A DNA stretch of 64,000 nt from a virus (lineage: Duplodnaviria; Caudoviricetes), in IMG/VR virus record IMGVR_UViG_3300024331_000207, positions 1 through 64,000 of that record; one strand, written 5' to 3'. Positions 1 through 9,659 of the stretch are shown one piece after another. Numbering within the stretch: the first letter of the stretch is position 1; every line of letters begins with the position of its first letter. Position numbers and translations under genes: made by a program. A model generated the notes under the pieces. That model worked only from the letters and a program-made list of their open reading frames with translations. It did no database searches and had not been told where the DNA came from.

Positions 1-309
1 CGGGGAGGGCTTGGGTCGTCGGCCGGGGCGGGCTAGGTTCGGTGCGGTCGGGAAAGTCGGCGAGGCTAGGACTGGGATGGTCTGGCGAGTCGGCGGGGAA
101 CGGGTTGGCTCGGCATGGGACGTCGGCAGGGGCTGGGACGGAGTGGGGCGGCTTGGGTCGTCGGTGTGGGCCGGGCGGGTTCGGAATGGTGCGTCGGCAC
201 GGACAGGGTCGGGGCGGAGCGGGGAGGCTAGGCCAGGCCAGTCGGCAGGGGTTGGAAAGGAACGGGACGGGGTGGGGTGGCATGTCGTAGCCGTCTTGGT
301 ACCGGCGTC
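1..309 (-). repeat. GTC-delimited GGNNN pentamer array A (7 complete units plus a partial unit cut by the window edge) with terminal hairpin; putative C-rich ncRNA
   Basis: + strand parses without exception as (GGNNN)6-9 GTC: 21-55, 59-88, 92-121, 125-159, 163-192, 196-240, 244-283, then GTC GTA GCCG-loop-CGGC GTC. Strand inferred from TATAGT on - at 317-322. Confidence 0.9.
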
Positions 310-344
310 GGTGTCCACTATACGTCACCGGCGGAAGGTGAGAC

Positions 345-782
345 ATGGCTACTGATTACCTGGACTCCTGGACCTCGGACTGGGAATCCCGCAGCGACCC
401 GGAGCTGCTGCCGCAAGCCTGGCGGCTGCGCGAGCAGGGCTGGTCGCACACCGAAATCGCCGGTCAGCTCGGGATCACCGTTGCGCAGGCCTACCAGCTG
501 ACTGCGGTGCGGAAGAAGTACGAACGGACCCCCGACTCGGATGCCACCATCGGGCACCTGGCGACGACCGTGGTCTTCAACCTCTCCCACGCTGACTCGC
601 ACGTCGATAAAGCCATGGCGAGCCAGGGTGCCACGCGGCAGTTCAACTTGGAACATGCGCAGAAGCACCTCAAGGAGGCTGTTTCGCACATGGACCACTT
701 GTGTCAGGTCCTCGGGGACACCTACCCGAAGATCGGCAAGGAGTACGACGACATCGCGAACGACCTGGCACCTCTTGAGTGA
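345..782 (+). CDS. hypothetical protein with N-terminal helix-turn-helix
   Basis: AWRLREQGWSHTEIAGQLGITVAQAY is HTH-like; AAGGTG upstream; high GC3. Confidence 0.6.
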   Translation: MATDYLDSWTSDWESRSDPELLPQAWRLREQGWSHTEIAGQLGITVAQAYQLTAVRKKYERTPDSDATIGHLATTVVFNLSHADSHVDKAMASQGATRQFNLEHAQKHLKEAVSHMDHLCQVLGDTYPKIGKEYDDIANDLAPLE

Positions 783-1338
783 GCTGCCGCGGCCGGCGCG
801 CATCGCGGTCGCGGTCGACGCCACCAATGACCTGGCTGCCGCCTGCATCATCGTCAGCGGCATCCTGCCCGACGGCCGCATCCTGGTCGAGCGGGCCGTG
901 GACCCGAAGGGCCGGCAGGACCACCGGGCGGGGATCGCCTGGGTGGTGCCGCGGCTGAAGGAACTCAAGCTCCGCCAGCGGGTTGCCGCCGTCATCATCG
1001 ACCCGGCCTCCCCGGCGGGGTCGCTGCTGGTCGAGGCCGAGCGGGCCGGGCTGCCGCTGCAGCTGCCCGCCAGCCGCGAGATAGGCCAGGCCTTCGGGCA
1101 GTTCCTCGCGTGGGTGGCGGAGAAGAGGCTGCTGCATCTCGGCGAGGAGAACCCGGACCTGCGGCGGGCCGTGGCCATCGCGGTGTGCAGGGACATCGGG
1201 GACGGGCAGCGGGCCTGGAGCCGCCGCCACTCGCCGGGAGACATCACGCCGCTGTGCGCTGCGACGCTTGCCGCATGGGGGGCGCACAAGTTCGCGCGGC
1301 CGCTGGACCTGACCAAGACGGTTGTCGGCCCCACTTAA
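775..1338 (+). CDS. terL: terminase large subunit C-terminal (RNase H-like nuclease) domain as a separate ORF
   Basis: IAVAVD..., VIIDPASPAGSLL, LLHLG, AWSRR...DITPLCAATLAAWG resemble actinophage TerL C-termini; upstream of portal; TTG start overlaps the previous stop. Confidence 0.7.
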   Translation: MSELPRPARIAVAVDATNDLAAACIIVSGILPDGRILVERAVDPKGRQDHRAGIAWVVPRLKELKLRQRVAAVIIDPASPAGSLLVEAERAGLPLQLPASREIGQAFGQFLAWVAEKRLLHLGEENPDLRRAVAIAVCRDIGDGQRAWSRRHSPGDITPLCAATLAAWGAHKFARPLDLTKTVVGPT

Positions 1339-1352
1339 GGAGTGGAGGCCGC

Positions 1353-1745
1353 ATGCCACCTACGGACGCCAGGCGCGTAGGGGTTGACTTCGACGGGGTG
1401 CTCGTGCCCCGCAGCGGGCCCAACTCGAAGGGACCCGTCCGCGCCAAGCCGCTGCCGGGGGCCCTGGAGGCCGTGCGGATGCTGCTGGACGAGCGCGTCT
1501 CCGTGTTCATCCTCACCGCGCGGGACCCGGTGCTGCCGGTCTGCGACTGGCTGGAGGATCACGGGATGAAGACCGCCTACCGCGGCGGGCTCCCGGAGTA
1601 CTGGGCGCGGCGCGGGACGCTCCTTGTTACAAACATCAAGCTGCCGGCCGCCGCCTACATCGACGACCGCGCGATCCATTTCAGCTCCTGGCCGCAGGCG
1701 CTCGGCGACCTGGCGGCGAGGCTCAAGAGGACCGGCCCTACCTAA
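1353..1745 (+). CDS. HAD-superfamily phosphatase/nucleotidase-like protein
   Basis: VDFDGVL motif I, ILTAR motif II, K...YIDDRA motifs III/IV; GGAGG RBS. Confidence 0.75.
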   Translation: MPPTDARRVGVDFDGVLVPRSGPNSKGPVRAKPLPGALEAVRMLLDERVSVFILTARDPVLPVCDWLEDHGMKTAYRGGLPEYWARRGTLLVTNIKLPAAAYIDDRAIHFSSWPQALGDLAARLKRTGPT

Positions 1746-1763
1746 GCCGCATAGGAGGCAGCC

Positions 1764-2278
1764 ATGCCAGTCGGCGGAAGCACCTGGGCCCGCGGGCCCG
1801 AGGGCGACCCGGAGGAGACCGAGCTGCCGCAGAACGTGCAGTTCTCCATCTCCCAGATGCCGGTGCACTACACGCCGGTACCGCGCACCGAAGGACAGCA
1901 GAAGCTGAAGCGCGAAGTGCCCGGCCCGACGAAGGCGGAGCAGTGAGCACCCCGGCTGCCATGGCCAACCATGGCACCGTCACCCGGCTGCGCCTGTCGG
2001 ACGAGACGCTGGAGATCGTGCACGAGCAGGCCTCCAGGGTTACCTGGGGCCGGGTCATCCTCGGCACCATCGGCTTCGTGCTGTTCGGCACCGGCTGGCT
2101 GGTCGCCAAGACCCTGAAGCTGCTGCTGTACGCCGGCGCCTGGAGCTGGGCGGCCATGTCGGTCGGCTGGCGGCAGGCCCGCGGCGAGGCGGCCCGGCTG
2201 CCGAACACGGCTGAGCTACTCGCCGAGAATGACCGGCTCAGGAAAGAGCTGGCCCGCATCTCGCCAACCATGTCATGA
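1764..2278 (+). CDS. two small hypothetical proteins (1764-1946; 1943-2278 membrane protein)
   Basis: AGGAGG RBS, GTGA overlap, hydrophobic segment VILGTIGFVLFGTGWLV. Confidence 0.6.
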
Positions 2279-2382
2279 AGGGCTACGGATGCGACTGCGG
2301 GGACGCGCTGGCCGGCTGGCGGGTGAGGCTGCGCTACACCCTGTCCAGGCTGTGGCGGCGGGTTACCCGGAGGGGATAGCGG

Positions 2383-4209
2383 ATGGGCCTGGTTGACAGG
2401 ATTAACGCCGAGGTCCGCGCAATCGGCGGCGTGCCCTGGCAGCCCTGGGCAAATCCCTACTGGCGGTTTAATATCGGCGGCCCGGTTCACCCGTCAAGGC
2501 AGGTTCAGGGAATTGACGCCTGCCTCGGGCTGGCGGCGGTCTATTCCTGCATCCGCTTTATCGCCGATGCTGTGGCGTCGCTTCCGATAAACGTTTACCG
2601 GACGGGCAGGGACGGCAATCCGATCCTTGTCCCGCACAGCCAGTTCCTGGACCAGCCGTCCACGCAGATGAATCCGTATGAATGGATTTTCGCGGGCACG
2701 GCATCGGCGCTGGCTTACGGTAATTCCATTGGCCTGATCGTCTCGCGCACGGGCGTCACCAACCCTGACGGCCTCGGCTACCCGCAGGACGTGGACTGGC
2801 TGCCCATGGACCGGATCTCGATCCAGGACGATGAGCACCAGCCGTGGAACTCCCGGCGCGCCAAGGTCTACTTCGACGGGCAGCTGCTGAACCGCGAGGA
2901 CATGCTGCACCTGCGGGCGTTCGTCCTGCCCGGGCGGCTGGAGGCGATCAGCCCGATCCTGGCGTTCGCGACGCTGATCCAGCAGGGCCTGGACTCGCTG
3001 AGGTACTCGGCCACCTGGTTCGAGAACGGCGGCTTCCCGCTCGGCACGTTCACCAACTCTGAAGAAGAGGTGGACGTCCAGAGCGCCAAGGAGATCCGGC
3101 AGAACCTGACCGACACCCTCCGGCAGCACCAGCCGCTGGTCTACGGGCGGAACTGGGAGTACAAGGCCGTCACGGTCCCCCCGAACGAGGCCGCGTTCAT
3201 CCAGGCGATGCAGCTGAACGCAACCCAGGTGGCGGCGATCTACGGGATGCCCCCGTCCAAGGTCGGCGGCACCCGCGGGGACAGCCTGACCTACGCGACG
3301 CAGGAGCAGGAAACGCTGTCGATCATCACCGACACGCTGCGCCCGTGGCTGCGCCGCTGGGAGGTGCTGCTTAGCTCGTGCCTGCCGGCCACCCAGTACG
3401 TGAGATTCGATACCGACGCCTTGCTGAAGACAGACCTCAAGACCCGGTACGAGATCTTCCAGACCCAGCGGAACATGGGCATCCGGACCACCGACGAGCT
3501 GCGCGCCTCCGATGACCTGCCACCGCTGCCGCGCGGGGCCGGCAAGGGCGTGATCCCGCTGTCGATGCTGGAGCGGATGGCGACGACCACGCGGACACTG
3601 CCCAAGGCCTACATGAACGAGGTCGTGCTGGAGCAGGCGCTGATCGCCAACCTGATGGTGAAGCTGCAGAAGGAGGGATACGTCCCGCCGGACGACATCC
3701 CGGACAATCAGGCCGTCACCGCGCCGGGCAGCAGCCCCAAGGGCGCCAGCGCGGGCAGCGACCCGGTGCCGAGGAACAACGACGGGGCGGGCGGCGAGCC
3801 GGGCAGCTACCCGATCGCGCTGACGCCGCCGGAGTACCTGGGCCGGCAGATCACCGCGATCCGCTCGGCCCCCTCGGGGTTCACCCCGCCGCACGTCCGG
3901 TGCAGCAACGTCGAACGGGCGCGGGCATGCGACTGGATCGCGATGGCGCACCGCGTCGGCTGCCTGGACGAGGAAGAGATGATCCGGCGCACCGAGTCGG
4001 CGAAGGCGGCCCTCAAGCGCGGCATGCTCGGCGAGCTGACCGGCGACCTGCCCCCGGAGGCCGAGCTGCGCGCCGAGACTCTGCGGCTGGCCGAGCCGGA
4101 CGAGCAGGTGCACGAGGGCCCGCGGTCGTTCGCGCCGCTGTCGCTAGCCCAGCTGCGCGAGCGGGCGCGCAGGTGGGAATCCGAACCGTCACCGAACGGC
4201 AGCCATTAA
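2383..4209 (+). CDS. HK97-family portal protein with C-terminal extension containing a DUF1707-like domain
   Basis: AVYSCIRFIADAVASLP, YGNSI, QVAAIYGMPP, DTLRPWLRRWE, FDTDALLKTD portal motifs; gene position. Confidence 0.92.
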   Translation: MGLVDRINAEVRAIGGVPWQPWANPYWRFNIGGPVHPSRQVQGIDACLGLAAVYSCIRFIADAVASLPINVYRTGRDGNPILVPHSQFLDQPSTQMNPYEWIFAGTASALAYGNSIGLIVSRTGVTNPDGLGYPQDVDWLPMDRISIQDDEHQPWNSRRAKVYFDGQLLNREDMLHLRAFVLPGRLEAISPILAFATLIQQGLDSLRYSATWFENGGFPLGTFTNSEEEVDVQSAKEIRQNLTDTLRQHQPLVYGRNWEYKAVTVPPNEAAFIQAMQLNATQVAAIYGMPPSKVGGTRGDSLTYATQEQETLSIITDTLRPWLRRWEVLLSSCLPATQYVRFDTDALLKTDLKTRYEIFQTQRNMGIRTTDELRASDDLPPLPRGAGKGVIPLSMLERMATTTRTLPKAYMNEVVLEQALIANLMVKLQKEGYVPPDDIPDNQAVTAPGSSPKGASAGSDPVPRNNDGAGGEPGSYPIALTPPEYLGRQITAIRSAPSGFTPPHVRCSNVERARACDWIAMAHRVGCLDEEEMIRRTESAKAALKRGMLGELTGDLPPEAELRAETLRLAEPDEQVHEGPRSFAPLSLAQLRERARRWESEPSPNGSH

Positions 4210-4242
4210 CGCGCGCTGCGCTCATGACATCTGCAAGGAGAT

Positions 4243-5268
4243 GTGACAGTGACCGAAACGAGGGACGCCATGAGCGCCGCCGCCATCAACGACCTCCCTG
4301 ACTCCGCGTTCGCCTATATCGAGCCGGGCGGCAAGAAGGACGGCGACGGGAAGACCATCCCGCGGAGCCTGCGGCACTTCCCGGTCCACGACGCCGCGCA
4401 CACGCGCAACGCGCTGTCGCGGGCCAGTCAGTCCCCGTTCGGCGAGAAGGCGATGCCGAAGATCCTGGCCGCCGCGCGCAAGCAGGGCGTCGAGGTCTCG
4501 CAGAACCACGCGATGACGGCGGACGAGGAGATGCGCGAGCTGCGCGTCACCAGCTGCTACCGGGACCTGAACACCCCGCTGGAGATGCGGGACATGGGCG
4601 ACGGGACCCACTGGATCGGCGGCTATGCCAGCGTCTTCATGCCGCGGCAGAGCCGGAACCTGGGCGGCTTCATCGAGCAGGTGTCCCAGACGGCGTTCGA
4701 GGAGTCGCGGGCCGGCGACTGGCACGACGTCGTGTGCCGCTTCAATCACGACAGCAACTACATCCTGGGCACGACGGCGGCCAAGACGCTGCAGATCGGC
4801 GGCGACCGGCTCGGCCTGCGCTACGACGTGAAGCCGCCGGAGTCCCGCAAGGACGTGGTGGAGCTGGTCGAGCGCGGCGACATCCGCTACTCTTCGTTCG
4901 CGTTCCGGTGCAACCCCGGCGGCGACGAGTGGTCGATGACCGAGCAGGGCTTCCCGCTGCGCACCCTGCACAGCGTCGAGCTGCTGGACGTCTCCCCGGT
5001 GCTGTCGCCCGGCTACCCGGACGCATCGGTCGCGGTCCGCGCCACCAACGCCGCGCTCCGCAGCTTCGCCGGATTTTTCCAGGCTGAGGCCGATGAGGTG
5101 CGCGCCATGGCGGAGGCCGGCGAGCTGCGCAAGTTTTTCACTCGCACGGTCGCCGGGCAGCCAGTTCACCGGCCTGCGCCGCGCACCCTGTTCGGCCCGT
5201 CCGCCGCAGCGACCATCCTGGCCCGCCGCCGCGACCCGAGCGACATTCAGGACGACGACCTGGCCTGA
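4243..5268 (+). CDS. HK97-family prohead protease with extra N-terminal domain
   Basis: GYASVF, LGGFIEQV, FNHD, RGDIRYSSFAF, LLDVSPVLSPGYP. Confidence 0.9.
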   Translation: MTVTETRDAMSAAAINDLPDSAFAYIEPGGKKDGDGKTIPRSLRHFPVHDAAHTRNALSRASQSPFGEKAMPKILAAARKQGVEVSQNHAMTADEEMRELRVTSCYRDLNTPLEMRDMGDGTHWIGGYASVFMPRQSRNLGGFIEQVSQTAFEESRAGDWHDVVCRFNHDSNYILGTTAAKTLQIGGDRLGLRYDVKPPESRKDVVELVERGDIRYSSFAFRCNPGGDEWSMTEQGFPLRTLHSVELLDVSPVLSPGYPDASVAVRATNAALRSFAGFFQAEADEVRAMAEAGELRKFFTRTVAGQPVHRPAPRTLFGPSAAATILARRRDPSDIQDDDLA

Positions 5269-5293
5269 GAGGTCGTCCCAGGCCAGGTCGTCG
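5254..5293. terminator. 14-bp inverted repeat between the protease gene end and array B
   Basis: GACGACCTGGCCTG...CAGGCCAGGTCGTC. Confidence 0.5.
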
Positions 5294-5306
5294 CGACAGC
5301 TCATTA

Positions 5307-5375
5307 GGTGGGGCTGGGGCCGGGGCGGGACGGAGTGGCTTGGGGTGGGAAGTCATATCCGGAAGACCCGGAGTC
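5307..5375 (-). repeat. solo GGNNN pentamer unit B with terminal hairpin
   Basis: 9 pentamers (5307-5351), GTC ATA TCCGG-aagac-CCGGA GTC; TAAATT on - at 5382-5387. Confidence 0.8.
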
Positions 5376-5482
5376 ACCCTTAATTTACACCAACTACGTG
5401 GGACTGGAAGCCCCAGTCCCCGCCTCCCGCCCTGCGGGCCGAGGCAAAAGAAAACAGCACAGTCCGCAGGAAAGGAAAAGCA

Positions 5483-6781
5483 ATGGCTAGTGAGGTTACT
5501 AAGAGGCTGCGCGACCGCCGCCTTAACGTATGGGAAGAGTGCAAGGCCCTGGCCGACGCGGCCGCCTCGGAAAACCGCGCTTTCTCTGCCGAAGAGCAGG
5601 GCAAGTGGGAAGTAATGAACGAGGAAATGGACACTCTCGACAAGCGCATTAAGAGCGCGCTTGACGCGGAGAAGCGGTCCGCCGAGGCGGACAAGATGTT
5701 CGACGAGATCACCTCCCGCGAGGCCCGCAAGGAGGCCGCCGGCCGCCCCGCCCCGGCCCGCCAGCAGGACTCCGAGCTGCGCGCGTTCCTGCGCGGCGAC
5801 CCCGGCGCTCCCCGCCGGATCGACATCGGCAAGTCCGACCGCTCCCGGATCAACTTCAACAACGGCCCGGTCGAACTTCGTAACATCACCGGTCCCGGCC
5901 CGACGCCGACCGGCGGTACCTCGGCGGGCGCCGACATCATCCCGATCGACTTCTATGACCAGTTGATCGCCCACCTCATCGAGGTCAGCGGCCTGCTCCA
6001 GACGGGCCCGACGGTCCTGAACACGGCCGGCGGCGAGACCCTGATGATCCCCAAGACCGCGGCGGGAGGTCACACCACGGCCGCGTCGGCCTCCCAGGGC
6101 GGCACGATCAACGAGGCGGACCCGACCTTCGGTCTCGCCACGCTGGGCGCCTGGAAGTACGGCGACCTCATCCAGGTAGCACGCGAACTCCTGGACGACA
6201 CGGGCGTCGACCTGGTCGGCTACCTGGCCATGTCCTGCGGCCGCGCGCTGGGCAACAAGTTCGGCGCGGACCTGGTGACCGGCACCGGCACCGGCCAGCC
6301 GAACGGCGTCCTGACCGGCGCCTCGGCCGGCATCACCGGCACCACCGGCAAGGCGGGCGCTCCGCAGTACGCCGACCTGGTGAACCTGGAGTACAGCGTG
6401 ATCGCGCCGTACAGGCAGTCGCGCTCGTGCTACTGGATGGCCGCGGACAAGACGATCGGCGGCTTCAGGCTCATCGTGGACGGCAACAGCCGCCCCATCT
6501 GGGAGCCCTCGATGGTCCTCGGCTCGCCCGACCTGCTCCTGGGCAAGCCGCTCGTCGCCGACCCGTACATGCCGGCCGTCGCGCTCTCGGGCGTCAAGCC
6601 CGTCCTGTTCGGCGACTTCTCGCAGTTCTTCGTGAGGATCGTCGGGCCGGTCCGGTTCGAGAGGTCCGACGACTTCCTCTTCGGGTCTGACTTGGTGGCC
6701 TTCCGGGCCATCATCAGGGGCGACGGGGTGCTCGTGGACCAGACGGGTGCCATCAAGTACCTCACTACGCCTACAACCTAG
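5483..6781 (+). CDS. major capsid protein (HK97 fold, N-terminal delta/scaffold region)
   Basis: coiled-coil N-terminus, RELLDD, GTGTGQPNG, LLGKPL, VLFGDFS, VAFRAIIRGDG; GGAAAGGA RBS. Confidence 0.93.
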   Translation: MASEVTKRLRDRRLNVWEECKALADAAASENRAFSAEEQGKWEVMNEEMDTLDKRIKSALDAEKRSAEADKMFDEITSREARKEAAGRPAPARQQDSELRAFLRGDPGAPRRIDIGKSDRSRINFNNGPVELRNITGPGPTPTGGTSAGADIIPIDFYDQLIAHLIEVSGLLQTGPTVLNTAGGETLMIPKTAAGGHTTAASASQGGTINEADPTFGLATLGAWKYGDLIQVARELLDDTGVDLVGYLAMSCGRALGNKFGADLVTGTGTGQPNGVLTGASAGITGTTGKAGAPQYADLVNLEYSVIAPYRQSRSCYWMAADKTIGGFRLIVDGNSRPIWEPSMVLGSPDLLLGKPLVADPYMPAVALSGVKPVLFGDFSQFFVRIVGPVRFERSDDFLFGSDLVAFRAIIRGDGVLVDQTGAIKYLTTPTT

Positions 6782-6804
6782 CAGGTCACAGAGGTTTTTC
6801 GAAC

Positions 6805-6843
6805 GGAGCGGCGCGAAGCACCCCCCCTGTTTCGTGCCGCTCC
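6805..6843 (+). terminator. hairpin after capsid gene
   Basis: GGAGCGGCGCGAAGCA...TGTTTCGTGCCGCTCC. Confidence 0.5.
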
Positions 6844-6856
6844 CCCCGGAGGGCTC

Positions 6857-8567
6857 ATGGCATTCCAGAACAGCGTCTCCACCGTCGGCACCGGCACCCC
6901 CACCAAGATCGTGACGGTGGGCTCGCGCGGCGCGGTGGTGCAGAACGTCGGCCCCACCATCCTTTACCTCGGCGGTCCCGGCGTGACGGCGGACACCTCG
7001 GCGACCGGCGGCATTCAGCTGACCTCGGCGAACGGGCCGCTGCAGATGCTGGGCGGGTCGACTGAGTTCCTCATCGGCGGGGCCGTCTCGGACGCGGCGG
7101 TGCTGTACGCGGTCAGCAGCGGCTCCGGCGGCAAGCTCGCCTATATCTGTGAGACCAGTTCCTTCTAGGAGGGGCAGTGGCGGAGCCGTTTGCGCTGGAG
7201 CCAGGCCAGGCTCTTTACATTGCCCCGGACGGCACGGTCGTGCCGGTTACCGGGCCGGTCGTCTTCATGCAGGAAGACGGGCAGGAAATCCAGGTCAGTC
7301 TTCCCCTCGCCCGAAAGGACAGCGAGCATGGCTAACTACGACAGCAGCAGCGTCAACCAGCCGGGCCAGTACCCGGCGACGGCGTGGACGGCCTACGGCC
7401 TGCCGGCGCAGAACGAGGACAGCGGCGCAGCGGGCAGCGGCCAGTTCAGCGGCACGCAGGACACGGGGCCGGGCGGCGCGACGAACGAGCCGGGGCAGTA
7501 CCCCGCGCCCCGGATGCCGTTTGTCGGTACCCCGCTGGACGGCTCGGGCGCACCCGGCTCAGCCGGCATCCAGGGCGGCGCCGTTGCCTCCGGTTCTGAC
7601 TCGATCACGTTCGAGAAGGACGTGGCGTGGAAGAGCGAGTACCAGCCGGACGGCATGATTGAGGGCCAGGCGCCCCAGCACACCAGCGCCACCGTGGCCG
7701 GCAAGGGCGACTGGACGCAGGCGAACGCGGTCGGCTACCAGGCTCCCCCGCAGTACCAGATGCCGGGCACGGCGCAGATCTCGCTGGACGCCGGCGGCGA
7801 CGGCGCGTTCCAGCCGGGCCGCGGCTCGGTGCGCCGCGGCGGCTTCATGAACGGGCAGCGGTGAGCGCGGGCCTGCCGGAGCAGCCGACGGGAACTCCCG
7901 ACTGGGAGGCGGCGGTGAAGGCGGGGCAGGCGAAGCTGCCGGCGCTGGACACCGCCGCCACGCAGGACCGGGCGGCCCGGCAGGCCGCCATGGTGGCGAA
8001 GTTCACTGCAGCGAGCCAGCGCCCGGCACCCCAGGTGCCGCGGCTGCGGCCCAGGCCGGAGGAGTAGATGATCGACCTGACGTCTAAGTATGCCGCCAAG
8101 GCCGTCCTGGTGCCGTCCAGCATGAACCCGGGCAACACCACGTATGACGACCCGAGCCTGGCGATGACGGCCCCGGGGAGCCAGTCCATCTTGCCGTACG
8201 CCGAGAAGAAGCACACTGACGTGCTGCCGCTGCCGGTTGCCAGCGACGGGCAGATCCCGCTATCCAACTCGCCGGACAGCCCGCGGCCGAAGCCGTCGCC
8301 GCACCCCGGCGGCGGCAAGTTCGACCTGCCGGCCTGGACCGGCAGCTGGAAGCCCACGGAAGGGAACGTGTGATGGCTCAGCCGAACACCGGGGGTCCGA
8401 TTACCTCCACGCCGAGCGTCCCCGGCAACAACAACTACGACCCGACGGCCCCCAGGGTCGGCCAGTGGCCGCACCCGATGTACGCGAACCCGGCGTCGCC
8501 CGGCCACGGCTGGACCTGGGCCGACGACATCGCCGACGCCAATGCCGGGGGCTGGCACCAGGTCTGA
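6857..8567 (+). CDS. run of small hypothetical, probably head-associated genes (6857-7168, 7177-7335, 7328-7864, 7861-8067, 8068-8373, 8373-8567)
   Basis: RBSs, coupled starts and stops, high GC3; Gly/Pro/Gln-rich products. Confidence 0.6.
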
Positions 8568-8653
8568 CCTCCCCGGCCGCACGGGACCCGGCGGGCATGA
8601 GCCCAGGGCGCTTGCATGCGGCCCTGGGCTCATGAGTTGCGATTGGAGCGGCC

Positions 8654-9652
8654 GTGCCGAAGGTGTGGGGCATCCACGACTGCCAGTCTGACACCGACCT
8701 GCGCCCGGCAGGCTGCGGCATCTTCCGGGTGATCTTCCCCCTGGACGCGCTGCGCGACCAGGGGTGGGACGTCGGCTACGCGGCGGGCACCCCGCCGCCG
8801 GACGCCCTGTCCGCGGACATCATGGTGGGGCAGCGGTTCGACAAGCCGGAGGTGCTCGGCGCGTGGCGGCGGCTGCGGGCCCGGCACAAGCTGGTCTACG
8901 AGATCGACGACAACGTCTTCGACGTGGACCCGCTGAACTACAGCGCGTACCGCAACTTCCAGCTGGAGGGCAAGCGGGAGGCCGTCCGGCACTGCGCCCA
9001 GGTGGCTGACCTGGTTACGGTCACCACCGAGCCGCTGGCGCAGATCATGCGGGAGTTCAACCCGAACGTCCGGGTGCTGAACAACGCGGTGCCGGCCCGG
9101 CTGCTGGAGATGGAGCGGCCGCGTAAAGAAGCCTTGACAGTCGGCTGGACGGGAGGCTGCTCGCACGCCCGGGACATCGCCGAGGCGGCAGCGCCGCTGC
9201 GGCGGTTCATGGAGCGCGACCGCAAGGACGCGCACCTGCATTTCATCGGCACCGACTACCGGCGCACGGTGACCTACGCGCGGGCGCGGTATTCCTCCTG
9301 GGAGATCGACCCCTGGGACTACTGGGCGAAGATCGACTTCGACATCGGGCTGGCCCCGCTGGCCGGCACCGGGTTCAACGACTGCAAGTCGCACGTCAAG
9401 GCCCTGGAGTACGCCGCCCTCGGCATCCCGGTGATCGCCTCGGACGCGCCGCCGTACCGCGACTTCGTGATCGACGGCGTGACCGGGTTCCTGGTGCGCA
9501 ACTCCGCCCAGCTCCGCGACCGGCTGAACGTGCTGGCCTCCGACGAGAAGCTGCGCGAGTCGATGGGGGCCAAGGCGCGCGAGCAGGCGTCCCTGTGGAC
9601 GTCAGAGGCCAGGGCCCTGGAGTGGGACAAGGCGTACCGCAGCATCCTCTAG
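8654..9652 (+). CDS. GT-B (GT4-like) glycosyltransferase 1
   Basis: VYEIDD, VGWTG, FDIGLAPL...FNDCKSHVKALEYAALGIPVIAS, DGVTGFL. Confidence 0.88.
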   Translation: MPKVWGIHDCQSDTDLRPAGCGIFRVIFPLDALRDQGWDVGYAAGTPPPDALSADIMVGQRFDKPEVLGAWRRLRARHKLVYEIDDNVFDVDPLNYSAYRNFQLEGKREAVRHCAQVADLVTVTTEPLAQIMREFNPNVRVLNNAVPARLLEMERPRKEALTVGWTGGCSHARDIAEAAAPLRRFMERDRKDAHLHFIGTDYRRTVTYARARYSSWEIDPWDYWAKIDFDIGLAPLAGTGFNDCKSHVKALEYAALGIPVIASDAPPYRDFVIDGVTGFLVRNSAQLRDRLNVLASDEKLRESMGAKAREQASLWTSEARALEWDKAYRSIL

Positions 9653-9659
9653 GAGTGAC

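Noticed and set aside
1-309. Arrays as simple microsatellites or only G-quadruplex motifs
   Set aside because: Pentamers are non-identical with strict phase, fixed delimiters, shared hairpin and -10 box; G4 formation is possible but does not explain these
11-355. Track ORFs over array A (11-355, 42-290) and over array B (5308-5490)
   Set aside because: G/R/W-rich translations produced by the GG periodicity; no RBS or codon bias; GTC punctuation fits RNA grammar
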